In this document: positions 35,265-46,379 of the stretch, piece after piece | Layout: every line of letters starts with the position of its first letter | Position numbering within the stretch: position 1 is the stretch's first letter | Source: Macrostomum lignano | Taxonomy: Eukaryota | Reading direction: 5' to 3' | Assembly (NCBI GenBank): GCA_002269645.1 | Contig: NIVC01000385.1 | Span: forward strand, 434,001 to 498,000 | Length of the DNA stretch: 64,000 nt | Made by a program: the position numbers and the translations under genes | Notes under the pieces: generated by a model | What the model saw: the letters and a program-made list of their open reading frames with translations, nothing else | Database searches by the model: none | Told to the model about the DNA's origin: nothing

Positions 35265-38200
35265 TTAAATCCACGAAGCCTCCAAGCGAGAGTTGATGGG
35301 CTTAGCCTCAGGATTGGATACCGGCCGGTAGTTGATTTCTACCAACTTCTCCATGTACTCTTCCACTAACACAGACAGGTCTTGGCCCCGAACGCAGCTG
35401 TTGTCATAATCCTGGCCTTCCTGCATGCTGTAATCCTCTGATTTGATTGGAATTGGATTCCGTTAGGATCTGGGATCTGGGATCTACGATCTGGGATCTA
35501 CGATCTGGGATCTACGATCTGGGATCTACGATCTGGGATCTACGATCTGGGATCTACGATCTGGGATCTACGATCTGGGATCTACGATCTGGGATCTACG
35601 ATCTGGGATCTACGATCTGGGATCTACGATCTGGGATCTACGATCTGGGATCTACGATCTGGGATCTACGATCTGGGATCTACGATCTGGGATCTACGAT
35701 CTGGGATCTACGATCTGGGATCTACGATCTGGGATCTACGATCTGGGATCTACGATCTGGGATCTACGATCTGGGATCTACGATCTGGGATCTACGATCT
35801 GGGATCTACGATCTGGGATCTACGATCTGGGATCTACGATCTGGGATCTACGATCTGGGATCTACGATCTGGGATCTACGATCTGGGATCTACGATCTGG
35901 GATCTACGATCTGGGATCTACGATCTGGGATCTACGATCTGGGATCTACGATCTGGGATCTACGATCTGGGATCTACGATCTGGGATCTACGATCTGGGA
36001 TCTACGATCTGGGATCTACGATCTGGGATCTACGATCTGGGATCTGCACATAAACTTACGCTGAGTCACGGACGCCAGATGTGTATCAGGATAATCTTTG
36101 TTGCCGTCTTTGCTGAAATGTTTTGTGTACGATCTCGTACAATGCCTGACGATTAGAAAGTCAGGGCCCGCTGTACACCCTGTGTGATCACAGTGTATGA
36201 GTGCGTATCTGCGTACAGTATTGCGACGTTATCTGCTCGGCGATGCCGCCGAATGCATTGCGGTATGAAGGGTGCCCACAGCCACCCCAAACCTGATGAT
36301 TCAACCAAGGCTGTGTCCTCGAATGCACGAACAACTCACCAGTCGGACACCTCAGTCAGGATTCGACCTTTGTCCAGTTCCTGCCTGCGGCCGCCCCAGT
36401 GCCGGGTGAGGTCGTACAGCCGCTCGTACTTGGGCACATCGTCCCTCCCCAGCTGGTAGCAGATGTTGATGAACTCCTTGACAGTCGGTGGCAGGTCTGT
36501 GAACGGCTTGCAGGCTCGTAGAAAGCTCTCGTCCCGAATCAGCTGATTGAGAACTCGTTTCTTCTCTTCTTCGATCTGTTTGGCTTCCATCTTCTGCGGC
36601 AGGAAGGTTTTCAATTGATTCTCGAGAAACTCTCTCTTCTCTTCCGGACTCCAGGTGCCGGTCTCTACGCCGAGCTTCTGCTGCTGGCTTGACACCTTCG
36701 GAGCGGCGGTTTTGCCCTGCTGAATCTCTTCAATAGCTGCTAGAATTGCGTCGGAGATTTCTTCCGATGGCGAGTAGAACATGTCCTCGTTGTCTTCGCT
36801 GTAGACGAAGCCGATCTGACAATTTGTGAATTATTTGATTTTAGTATTTAGTACTCATAGTTAAGCTGCGACATCCTGACGTTCACCTCTTGACACTCTA
36901 ACGTTCAACCCCCCCCCCCTATAACTCTAACATTTCTCTCCTGACATCCTAAGGCTCACCCGCTGACATTCTAAGCCTCAGACCCTGACATCCTGAAATT
37001 CAGACCCTGACATCCTGAAATTCAGACCCTGACATACTAAAATTCAGACCCTGACATCCTGAAATTCAGACCCTGACATACTAAAATTCAGACCCTGACA
37101 TCCTGAAATTCAGACCCTGACATACTAAAATTCAGACCCTGACATACAAAAATTCAGACCCTGACATCCTGAAATTCAGACCCTGACATACAAAAATTCA
37201 GACCCTGACATCCTGAAATTCAGACCCTGACATACTAAAATTCTGACCCTGACATACTAAAATTCAGACCCTGACATCCTGAAATTCAGACCCTCACATA
37301 CTAAAATTCAGACCCTGACATACTAAAATTCAGACCCTGACATACTAAAATTCAGACCCTGACATCCTGAAATTCAGACCCTCACATACTAAAATTCAGA
37401 CCCTGACATCCTTAAATTCAGACCCTGACATCCTGAAATTCAGACCCTGACATCCTGAAATTCAGACCCTGACATACAAAAATTCAGACCCTGACATCCT
37501 AAAATTCAGACCCTGACATACAAAAATTCAGACCCTGACATCCTGAAATTCAGACCCTGACATACTAAAATTCAGACCCGACATCCTAAGGCTCAGACCC
37601 TGACATCCTGAGGCTCAGACCCTGACATCCTAAGGCTCAGACCCTGACATCCTAAAATTCAGACCCTGACATACTAAAATTCAGACCCTGACATCCTGAA
37701 ATTCAGACCCTCACATACTAAAATTCAGACCCTGACATCCTTAAATTCAGACCCTGACATCCTGAAATTCAGACCCTGACATCCTGAAATTCAGACCCTG
37801 ACATACAAAAATTCAGACCCTGACATCCTAAAATTCAGACCCTGACATCCTGAAATTCAGACCCTGACATTCTGAAATTCAGACCCTGACATCCTGAAAT
37901 TCAGACCCTGACATACTAAAATTCAGACCCGACATCCTAAGGCTCAGACCCTGACATCCTAAGGCTCAGACCCTGACATCCTAAGGCTCAGACCCTGACA
38001 TCCTAAAATTCAGACCCTGACACCTGAACGTTCACCCCCACACTAACGCTCGCCCCCTCCCCGACGCACTAACGTTCACCCACCGTCACAGGAACTTTCA
38101 CCACTTGACAACCTGACTTTCACCCCATTAGACCCTAACGTTCAACCCCCCTGACACCCTAAAATGGCACCCCGATGTCGGCAAATTTAGGCTAATTAAA

Positions 38201-39503
38201 AGCCACAAAAAGCAGAAATTGCATCCCCCCGACATCCTTGACGCAATTCTTTATTAAACTTAGTAGAACTGCTCACAGCTCTCTTCGGATCCTGTTCGAA
38301 TACTTTCTCCCAGCCGTTGATAATCTTAGTGAAATCTTTAGCTTTAATAGGGCCCGTGCCTCCTCCTCCCGCAGATTTAACCGGCTTCTGATTGGTTCTG
38401 GTCACGCCTAGGGTATGCCGCATGCCCGGGCCGCCCTCCGTCATGTTCAACTCTGGCGTGGTGGCGCTGGCGCTCGCTTCCTTGCCGGCGTTGCTAGCCG
38501 AAGCAACCGACGAACCGTTGCGCGAACTGCCGCTGTGCTGGACAAACTTCCGATAGATGACCAGAAACAGCTCCTTGAGCTCGAAGCCGATGTCTTTGTA
38601 TTGCGATTTCATCTCCATCAGGGAGTCGCACATCTGACGAACGTTCTCCTTTGTCTGCATCTGCTTGTCTGGACGGTGGGTTGAATGCTATTAAATACAT
38701 TGATTAATGCCTTTTTATTGCATTGTGGCTTTCATGAAATTTAAAATGGGCGCCCAAGGTGCTGGCGCCCCTGGAGCTAACGCCCCTGGTGCTAAAGCCC
38801 CTGGTGCTAAAGCCCCTGGTGCTAAAGTCCCTCGTGCTAAAGTCCCTGGTGCTAAAGCCCCTGGTGCTAAAGCCCCTGGTGCTAAAGCCCCTGGTGCTAA
38901 AGCCCCTGGTGCTAAAGCCTCTGGTGCTAAAGCCCCTGGTGCTAAAGCCCCTGGTGCTAAAGCCCCTGGTGCTAAAGCCCCTGGTGCTAAAGCCCCTGGT
39001 GCTAAAGCCCCTGGTGCTAAAGCCCCTGGTGCTAAAGCCCCTGGTGCTAAAGCCCCTGGTGCTAAAGCCCCTGGTGCTAAAGCCCCTGGTGCTAAAGCCC
39101 CTGGTGCCAAAGCCCCTGATCTATATATAGCAAATAAGCAGCTCAACTCACTGACAATCTCTTTGGCAGTCAGCTCAGTCAGAGCGCCAACGGACAAATT
39201 AATCAGATCACGATCCATAATCCGATTAGTGACGTCAATGAGTACAGAGAACAGCTGACGGCGCTGTTTGATGTACCGCAGCCGGTCCCTGGCAACCCGG
39301 TGCTCGTCGTCTGTTTGAGCAATCTCAGCTAGCCGAGAGTAGGCCTTCTCTCGACATTTTTTCAAACAGATTTGTGCAAATTCGTTTTGATCGATTTTGC
39401 TCTTCAGCTCGGCCGGAGTTAGCTGGACCAGCTTGTTGAATACCTCCTTGATTGATAGCGACGTCTCCGTGGTGTAGACTGATGGTGGTAATACGCCGTT
39501 ATG
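35265..39503 (-). CDS. Five phase-consistent coding exons (39503-39152, 38668-38277, 36815-36340, 36112-36060, 35437-35265); 5' part missing or continuous with upstream exons; contains a CK1 subdomain-XI-like motif
   Basis: All junctions are GT-AG with matching phases (1,0,2,1), giving ~480 uninterrupted codons ending ..RLEASWI*. The segment PPTVKEFINICYQLGRDDVPKYERLYDL aligns without gaps to CK1 [28 protein letters not shown]. Confidence 0.75.
35468..36046. repeat. Near-perfect 14-bp minisatellite (GGGATCTACGATCT), ~41 copies, intronic
   Basis: Fills almost the whole intron 36059-35438. Confidence 0.97.
36968..38025. repeat. 22-bp minisatellite (CAGACCCTGACATCCTGAAATT), ~48 copies, intronic
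   Basis: 22-bp period within intron 38276-36816. Confidence 0.95.
38775..39118. repeat. 15-bp minisatellite (GCTAAAGCCCCTGGT), ~23 copies, intronic
   Basis: 15-bp period within intron 39151-38669; the in-frame monomer explains the GAKAP/ALAPG/LKPLV ORFs. Confidence 0.95.
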
Positions 39504-39735
39504 CTGAGGTTAATTGGTAATTCCATCTCCGCGCTTTCTTAACCTCTCAATTATCGTCTAACTCAATCCTTCTCTGCTACATATATGCGCACTACAATCA
39601 TAATAACAACAATTGATTACACCTGCCCTAATGGGCAGATGTACAACCGACAGCTCAGCCTCAGCTATTTCGCAGCGCATCTGAAGGCTGCCTACGAGCT
39701 ACGGCTGTTCAGTCCAAGGACTGGGGGGAGGTCGC

Positions 39736-39767
<32 letters not shown>

Positions 39768-40381
39768 TGCACGAGGCACTTATTGGCCAAGTGTGCAAAA
39801 ACTTGCACATATTGGGACTGCTCCGACACACGAAAAATCACACACACACACGTCCCCACACAGGCAATTTTCAACCCACCAAATAGATTTTTATTGACAA
39901 CATGCTTTTGGCTTACTGAAAACAGTTGGAAAGCATTTTTCGAGGTGCATTGAACTCACAACAGATTGTACATGTATACTTGTCTAAAACAGAATTAAAA
40001 AACCCTGGTGTCTTGCTGAATTCCACTAAGGCAATAATATCAGCGCGTCAAATTTCACCAGATAATTTCAGCGATCATAGATTATAGAAGACAGGATGGT
40101 AAATGGCAAGGGACTTTAAGGTTATCGAAGACAAACGACATTGACACATATCAAAAAAATTTTACGATCTGAATAAACAAAATTTGCTACATTTAGTGCC
40201 ACTGGGAAAAAACAATTCTGTAGCGAAACTCCACTGTTCATAAAAATGTACTTTATTGATTATGACACAATCACTAGAATTACTCAAAAGGTACATGTCA
40301 GCTATTCGGACCCACAGAATGCTACGTAAAAGGATGCGGAAATGAACCACACAATAGCAGAAGCCAGCACACACTATAGTA

Positions 40382-40630
40382 TGGGGCTGTCCCAACAATT
40401 CCACCATAGCCAGTGTGGATAGGGCTGTCCCAACAATTCCACCATAGCCAGTGTGGATAGGGCTGTCCCAACAATTCCACCATAGCCAGTGTGGATAGGG
40501 CTGTCCCAACAATTCCACCATAGCCAGTGTGGATAGGGCTGTCCCAACAATTCCACCATAGCCAGTGTGGATAGGGCTGTCCCGACAATTCCACCATAGC
40601 CAGTGTGGATGGGGCTGTCCCAACAATTCC
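40382..40630. repeat. 38-bp minisatellite (GGGCTGTCCCAACAATTCCACCATAGCCAGTGTGGATA), ~6.5 copies
   Basis: Contiguous identical monomers, no spacers. Confidence 0.95.
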
Positions 40631-40834
40631 AGCATAGCTTGAAAAAGAATATACACAAATACTATAAAAAGCAAATGCTAGAGCTCTACCGCGGTCATTG
40701 CACCGGATTTTATTAGAAACAGACTGCAAAAAAATGCGTCCTCTGAATAATATTCCAGTGAAGCACACAACAGTTAATCGGCTTCTCGATTCAGAAAATT
40801 AAAAAATAACCAGCTCCGCCAGAAAACTCATGAA

Positions 40835-40858
40835 TTAACTGACTGCTGCACAGATAGC

Positions 40859-40891
<33 letters not shown>

Positions 40892-41501
40892 GGCTTGTGA
40901 GCAGCAAGTGAACCAAATGACGGATGCAGCGGCGAGATCAGAATGCTCGCTGCTGATCGTTAAAGCGCATTCTTGTCTCTTAGGCATGTCGCTGGCGTTG
41001 CTGACTTCAGAATCTGCGAGGAAAAGAAATCAATTAAGATAGGCTTGCCTTTAGTAATCATTAATAGGCTATAAAGGAACCCTTTAATAGAACGTGTTCA
41101 ACTAATGCTGGGTCTGTTTTGAAAAGTCAGAACTCAGAAGTAGTCGCGATTAGAATCAGTATTGTCCCAATAAGTGCGACCCAACAAATGCTGTTCAAAA
41201 AATAGGCCTGGCTGCAATGTCCCAATAAATGCCCAACAAATTACTAGCCTTGAGCTAGGCTGGGCTGTGTTTACTATTCATTGCGTTTGTAGCTTGTGTC
41301 CCAACAATGCCACTGAGATTGTTGCATTGCTTTTGAATTGTGCTCTACCAAGTAACACAAGTACTCTGGTGTACAATACTTCTACAGCAGATAATACTCA
41401 CCCAAAACAGATCGTCTCTTTCTCTTTAATCCTGTGCCGGACGGGTTTTCTTCAGATCCACCAGAAAATTCACAAATAGACTGACTGCCTGCACGGATAG
41501 C

Positions 41502-41558
<57 letters not shown>

Positions 41559-42167
41559 GGCTTGGCAGCAGCAAGTGAACCAAATGACGGATGCAGCGGC
41601 GAGATCAGAATGCTCACTGCTGATCGTTAAAGCGCATTCTTGTCTCTTAGGCATGTCGCTGGCGTTGCTGACTTCAGAATCTGCGAGGAAAAGAAATCAA
41701 TTAAGATAGGCTTGCCTTTAGTAATCATTAATAGGCTATAAAGGAACCCTTTAATAGAACGTGTTCAACTAATGCTGGGTCTGTTTTGAAAAGTCAGAAC
41801 TCAGAAGTAGTCGCGATTAGAATCAGTATTGTCCCAATAAGTGCGACCCAACAAATGCTGTTCAAAAAATAGGCCTGGCTGCAATGTCCCAATAAATGCC
41901 CAACAAATTACTAGCCTTGAGCTAGGCTGGGCTGTGTTTACTATTCATTGCGTTTGTAGCTTGTGTCCAACAATGCCACTGAGATTGTTGCATTGCTTTT
42001 GAATTGTGCTCTACCAAGTAACACAAGTACTCTGGTGTACAATACTTCTACAGCAGATAATACTCACCCAAAACAGATCGTCTCTTTCTCTTTAATCCTG
42101 TGCCGGACGGGTTTTCTTCAGATCCACCAGAAAATTCACAAATAGACTGACTGCCTGCACGGATAGC

Positions 42168-42236
<69 letters not shown>

Positions 42237-42846
42237 GGCTTGGCAGCAGCAAGTGAACCAAATGACGGATGCAGCGGCGAGATCAGAATGCTCACTGCTG
42301 ATCGTTAAAGCGCATTCTTGTCTCTTAGGCATGTCGCTGGCGTTGCTGACTTCAGAATCTGCGAGGAAAAGAAATCAATTAAGATAGGCTTGCCTTTAGT
42401 AATCATTAATAGGCTATAAAGGAACCCTTTAATAGAACGTGTTCAACTAATGCTGGGTCTGTTTTGAAAAGTCAGAACTCAGAAGTAGTCGCGATTAGAA
42501 TCAGTATTGTCCCAATAAGTGCGACCCAACAAATGCTGTTCAAAAAATAGGCCTGGCTGCAATGTCCCAATAAATGCCCAACAAATTACTAGCCTTGAGC
42601 TAGGCTGGGCTGTGTTTACTATTCATTGCGTTTGTAGCTTGTGTCCCAACAATGCCACTGAGATTGTTGCATAGCTTTTGAATTGTGCTCTACCAAGTAA
42701 CACAAGTACTCTGGTGTACAATACTTCTACAGCAGATAATACTCACCCAAAACAGATCGTCTCTTTCTCTTTAATCCTGTGCCGGACGGGTTTTCTTCAG
42801 ATCCACCAGAAAATTCACAAATAGACTGACTGCCTGCACGGATAGC

Positions 42847-42903
<57 letters not shown>

Positions 42904-43599
42904 GGCTTGGCAGCAGCAAGTGAACCAAATGACGGATGCAGCGGCGAGATCAGAATGCTCACTGCTGATCGTTAAAGCGCATTCTTGTCTCTTAGGCATG
43001 TCGCTGGCGTTGCTGACTTCAGAATCTGCGAGGAAAAGAAATCAATTAAGATAGGCTTGCCTTTAGTAATCATTAATAGGCTATAAAGGAACCCTTTAAT
43101 AGAACGTGTTCAACTAATGCTGGGTCTGTTTTGAAAAGTCAGAACTCAGAAGTAGTCGCGATTAGAATCAGTATTGTCCCAATAAGTGCGACCCAACAAA
43201 TGCTGTTCAAAAAATAGGCCTGGCTGCAATGTCCCAATAAATGCCCAACAAATTACTAGCCTTGAGCTAGGCTGGGCTGTGTTTACTATTCATTGCGTTT
43301 GTAGCTTGTGTCCCAACAATGCCACTGAGATTGTTGCATAGCTTTTGAATTGTGCTCTACCAAGTAACACAAGTACTCTGGTGTACAATACTTCTACAGC
43401 AGATAATACTCACCCAAAACAGATCGTCTCTTTCTCTTTAATCCTGTGCCGGACGGGTTTTCTTCAGATCCACCAGAAAATTCACAAATAGACTGACTGC
43501 CTGCACGGATAGCGGCTGCTGCTGCTGCTGCTGCTGCGGCTTGTGAGCAGCAAGTGAAATAAATGACGGATGCAGCGGCGAGTTTGAATGCGGACGAAC
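40835..43599 (-). CDS. Tandem ~670-bp duplication carrying five candidate poly-Ala exons (43599-43414, 43025-42747, 42358-42068, 41680-41402, 41013 to 40844/40835)
   Basis: The four downstream exons begin after TCTTTTCCTCGCAG| and the first after CACGCACAG|. The first four exons end at G|GTGAGT. Their lengths (186, 279, 291, 279) are multiples of 3 (phase 1-1), and only the poly-Ala frame is open across the 279/291-nt exons. Confidence 0.6.
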
Positions 43600-44589
43600 C
43601 TGTGCGTGGGCGCACATAAGAAAAATCACTTATTGAGAAATCTGTCTGATTTGTTTGAAAACAGATTTAAATGTCGCTTTTCTAATAAATGCTTCATTGT
43701 CAATGAAATTTTACTGTACAATTAAAATACTCGTAGTTTGTCCCAACGGTGCTGCTTGTGTGAGTCAGATGGAGTATGTACAAATTTTACTCTCTCGATA
43801 GTGCCGCAGCAACTTACTTTGCCCTTAGCTGACTGCAGGCAGGCTTGCTTGTTTTAATAATGCCCTAGAAAACAAAACACTTATTGCAATTAAGTTTCAG
43901 TTACTGGGAGTTGCAATTTTCTGAGATCCTATCTCTTTGCTGACCGCCCATCTTCCCAATCAGATGAGCTTCTTTTTTGTTGCTGACTCTGCCCTGCTTT
44001 TCTTTCGGCGTTTGCCTTTGCAGTAAGCTTTGTTTCTCGTTCTAGAATGCTGTCATTTTATACTGTTCTTTAGTTATGTAATAATACTGCTTTGAGTAGA
44101 AAAATAATTTGACTATCGAATTATAACAGTAATATATTATATTAGTTGCCCAGCAAACTCACATGGTATTTCTCCAAGTCTCTAGTACTGTGGGCGATGT
44201 GTCATGCGAGATTTCTTTCCTAAATGTTTTGATTGAAACTTTTAGTAAAATTTGTTCTTCCTAGAAGTGTAAATTTTGCCTACTTATGATTGCTCAACTG
44301 GCTGTTGTAAATTAATTGATAAATAAGGTGATCGTGCCGCCTCTCTTATATTTCACTGAGCTCAGAGTATTACTAGGCTGCTTATTATTTTTTTCAACGT
44401 ACAAAAAATACGACATATACGAGTACGAGACAAGACTTACTTGACAATGAAGGCAAATCTGTTTGTTATAGAAGAAAACGGTAGCTTATCGATATCAACG
44501 TATCTGGAATTTTAGAAAAGTTACATATGTAAATTCCAGTTAAGTTTTTATTTAATCATAAAATTTTAAAAAGAATTTTAAATTCTACT

Positions 44590-44996
44590 TACATATGTGT
44601 AATGGTTCCTAGCCAAATCTTTTCATGCCAGGTCATGCATGGAAACTCTTGTGACGTGGCACATTTTGTCTGTGTAGTGCAGGTCTCGTAAATGAATTAT
44701 ATTCGTTTGAACATATGCAGTACCGCCAGTACGCCGTTTGTCAAAGGGAACTTCTACATGTACCTTTCCGTTAGAATTGGCTCTTCCTCTTGTAGGCCTC
44801 AACTTCAGTGTAAACTTTATCCCGACTCCCTTGCGCCCGCCTCTCCTCCCCGCTTCCCCCCGCCGCGATAGGAATGTACGCGTGGCCTGGGTAAGGGATT
44901 GCCTGGGTCTTGTACACGCTTGTCCTAACACTTCTGCACTGTACGTGGGTTTATCTTTACGATCCAAGATAAGCAGAATTGTTTTTTCAGGAAGGC
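44590..44996 (-). CDS. Candidate downstream exon(s) of the pseudokinase gene
   Basis: An acceptor at 44996 is phase-compatible with the donor at 46380 and gives LDRKDKPTY (cf. CK1 LRFDDKPDY); strong GTAAGT donor near 44592. Internal structure uncertain. Confidence 0.35.
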
Positions 44997-45569
44997 CTAG
45001 TAGTTAGTTTTGGGCCAAACTAGTCATCGATTTCGACTTTACAGTGACAGTGACACGCAAACATGTGCTAGCAGTAGTCCATGCAGTCATCTTAAGTTTC
45101 TTGGTATCTCAGTACATTTCAGTATACCAGACGATAATTATCATAATTCTAGGAAAAATTTTGCTACATAGTATAGCTGCCCAAACCCAGGCCAATAAGG
45201 AAGTCATTTAAAGCCTTAGAGATTAAACGTTTCCCTCTAATACTCGTCCTCGGTTTTCTCGGGAAATGCAAAGTTTTTCTTTGCCCTTTATTTCTTTGCT
45301 CTAAAAGCGCTTCATAAGACTGTGAGAATTTCCACCGGAAAACTACCTCACTCAAAGTGTCACTTTACGTTAATGGCCTCCAGTCACTAACTTGAGTCAG
45401 TTAATACCCATTCACATATGACAAATAGATTAATGCAGCTGACTGAAAACGAGAATTTCAGTTAAAATGGCCGAGGGCACAGGCGGATGTAACCTTAATT
45501 TGCCATGTTTCGTGTATAAGTGAAATTGGAAGCTAATGAATTTAGATGCAAGCTGTTTCTATGCAAAAA

Positions 45570-45607
45570 TCTAAATATACTAAATCTATAAGGTTTGTAT
45601 GCTTGAT
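45570..45607 (+). mobile_element. Orphan Helitron 5' terminus (family B/C)
   Basis: A|TCTAAATATACTAAATCTATAAGGTTTGTATGCTTGA matches the reverse complement of the unit ends at 19758 and 21507. Confidence 0.65.
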
Positions 45608-46069
45608 TGTAATATTCTAAATCTTTATTAAATTATTTCATATTTTATAGTAAACACGATGCCAAATGTCAGGATCCTTTCAAGTGTCGATTGGCAGCCC
45701 TGTGGAGAACCTCTATCTGTTACTTGTAGTAGACTTTCTTGATATTGTAAGAAATATTGTAATAAAACGAGAACTCCGATTTGAGACCCAATTGTTCTGT
45801 TGGATCAGACCATCAGTTCGCATAATTTTTTAAACTTCTTAGGACACTGCAAATCATTAGATTCCCCGTGTTTGATTAAAAATATGAAAAAATCACATTG
45901 ATTTTTGAAAGGAGAATCGAAAGACGGTTCCAATGAATATTTTTTCATTTCAATAGAATTCATTTTTGGAAGTGTCAGGACGCACTTATTGGGCCTGGCC
46001 CAACACATTTTTGGTCCTAATAGCACGGGTCAGTTTATACACGCTTGTCCCAAGAAATGCCTAATGCAC

Positions 46070-46250
46070 ACACACGCACACACACACACACACACACACA
46101 CCTACCTTTAATTACCTCAGCTAATGCTGGAACCCATTTTACAGCTGGGTGAACTGAAGCAATGCAGAGTTAAGTGTCTTTTTCAAGGACACAAATTGTT
46201 CTGACAGTCGTGAGTTCGACGCTCTGACCACTATAGGCTACAACCCCGTC
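46070..46250 (-). mobile_element. CORE-type tRNA-derived SINE with (TG)n tail, intronic
   Basis: Minus strand TAGCCTATAGTGGTCAGAGCGTCG head, then GTGTCCTTGAAAAAGACACTTAACTCTGCATTGCTTCAGTTCACCCAGCTGTAAAATGGG, resembling the CORE domain (GTGACCTTGGGCAAGTCACTTAAC..TCAGTTTCCTCATCTGTAAAATGGG). Confidence 0.6.
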
Positions 46251-46379
46251 TCCGCAACGCTCTACGTAACGCACTGTGTGACGTCTAAATCGCTACCTTA
46301 CTTTTTCACGTTTCTTGCTTTTATAGCTTTGTTATCTTCCTCTTTTCTTTTCCCCTCCCGTTAAGTAAAAAACTCTCAC

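Noticed and set aside
38707-39258. Collagen/elastin-like GAKAP repeat protein
   Set aside because: The 15-bp array lies between a GTGAGT donor (39151) and a CAG acceptor (38669) of the minus-strand gene, whose flanking exons join in phase without it.
40382-40630. 38-bp repeats as a CRISPR array
   Set aside because: Monomers are contiguous with no unique spacers, there are no cas genes, and the context is eukaryotic.
41426-43629. Poly-glutamine proteins from the (CTG)n tracts
   Set aside because: The poly-Q frame is closed by stops within the splice-defined 279/291-nt exons; only the poly-Ala frame is open end to end.
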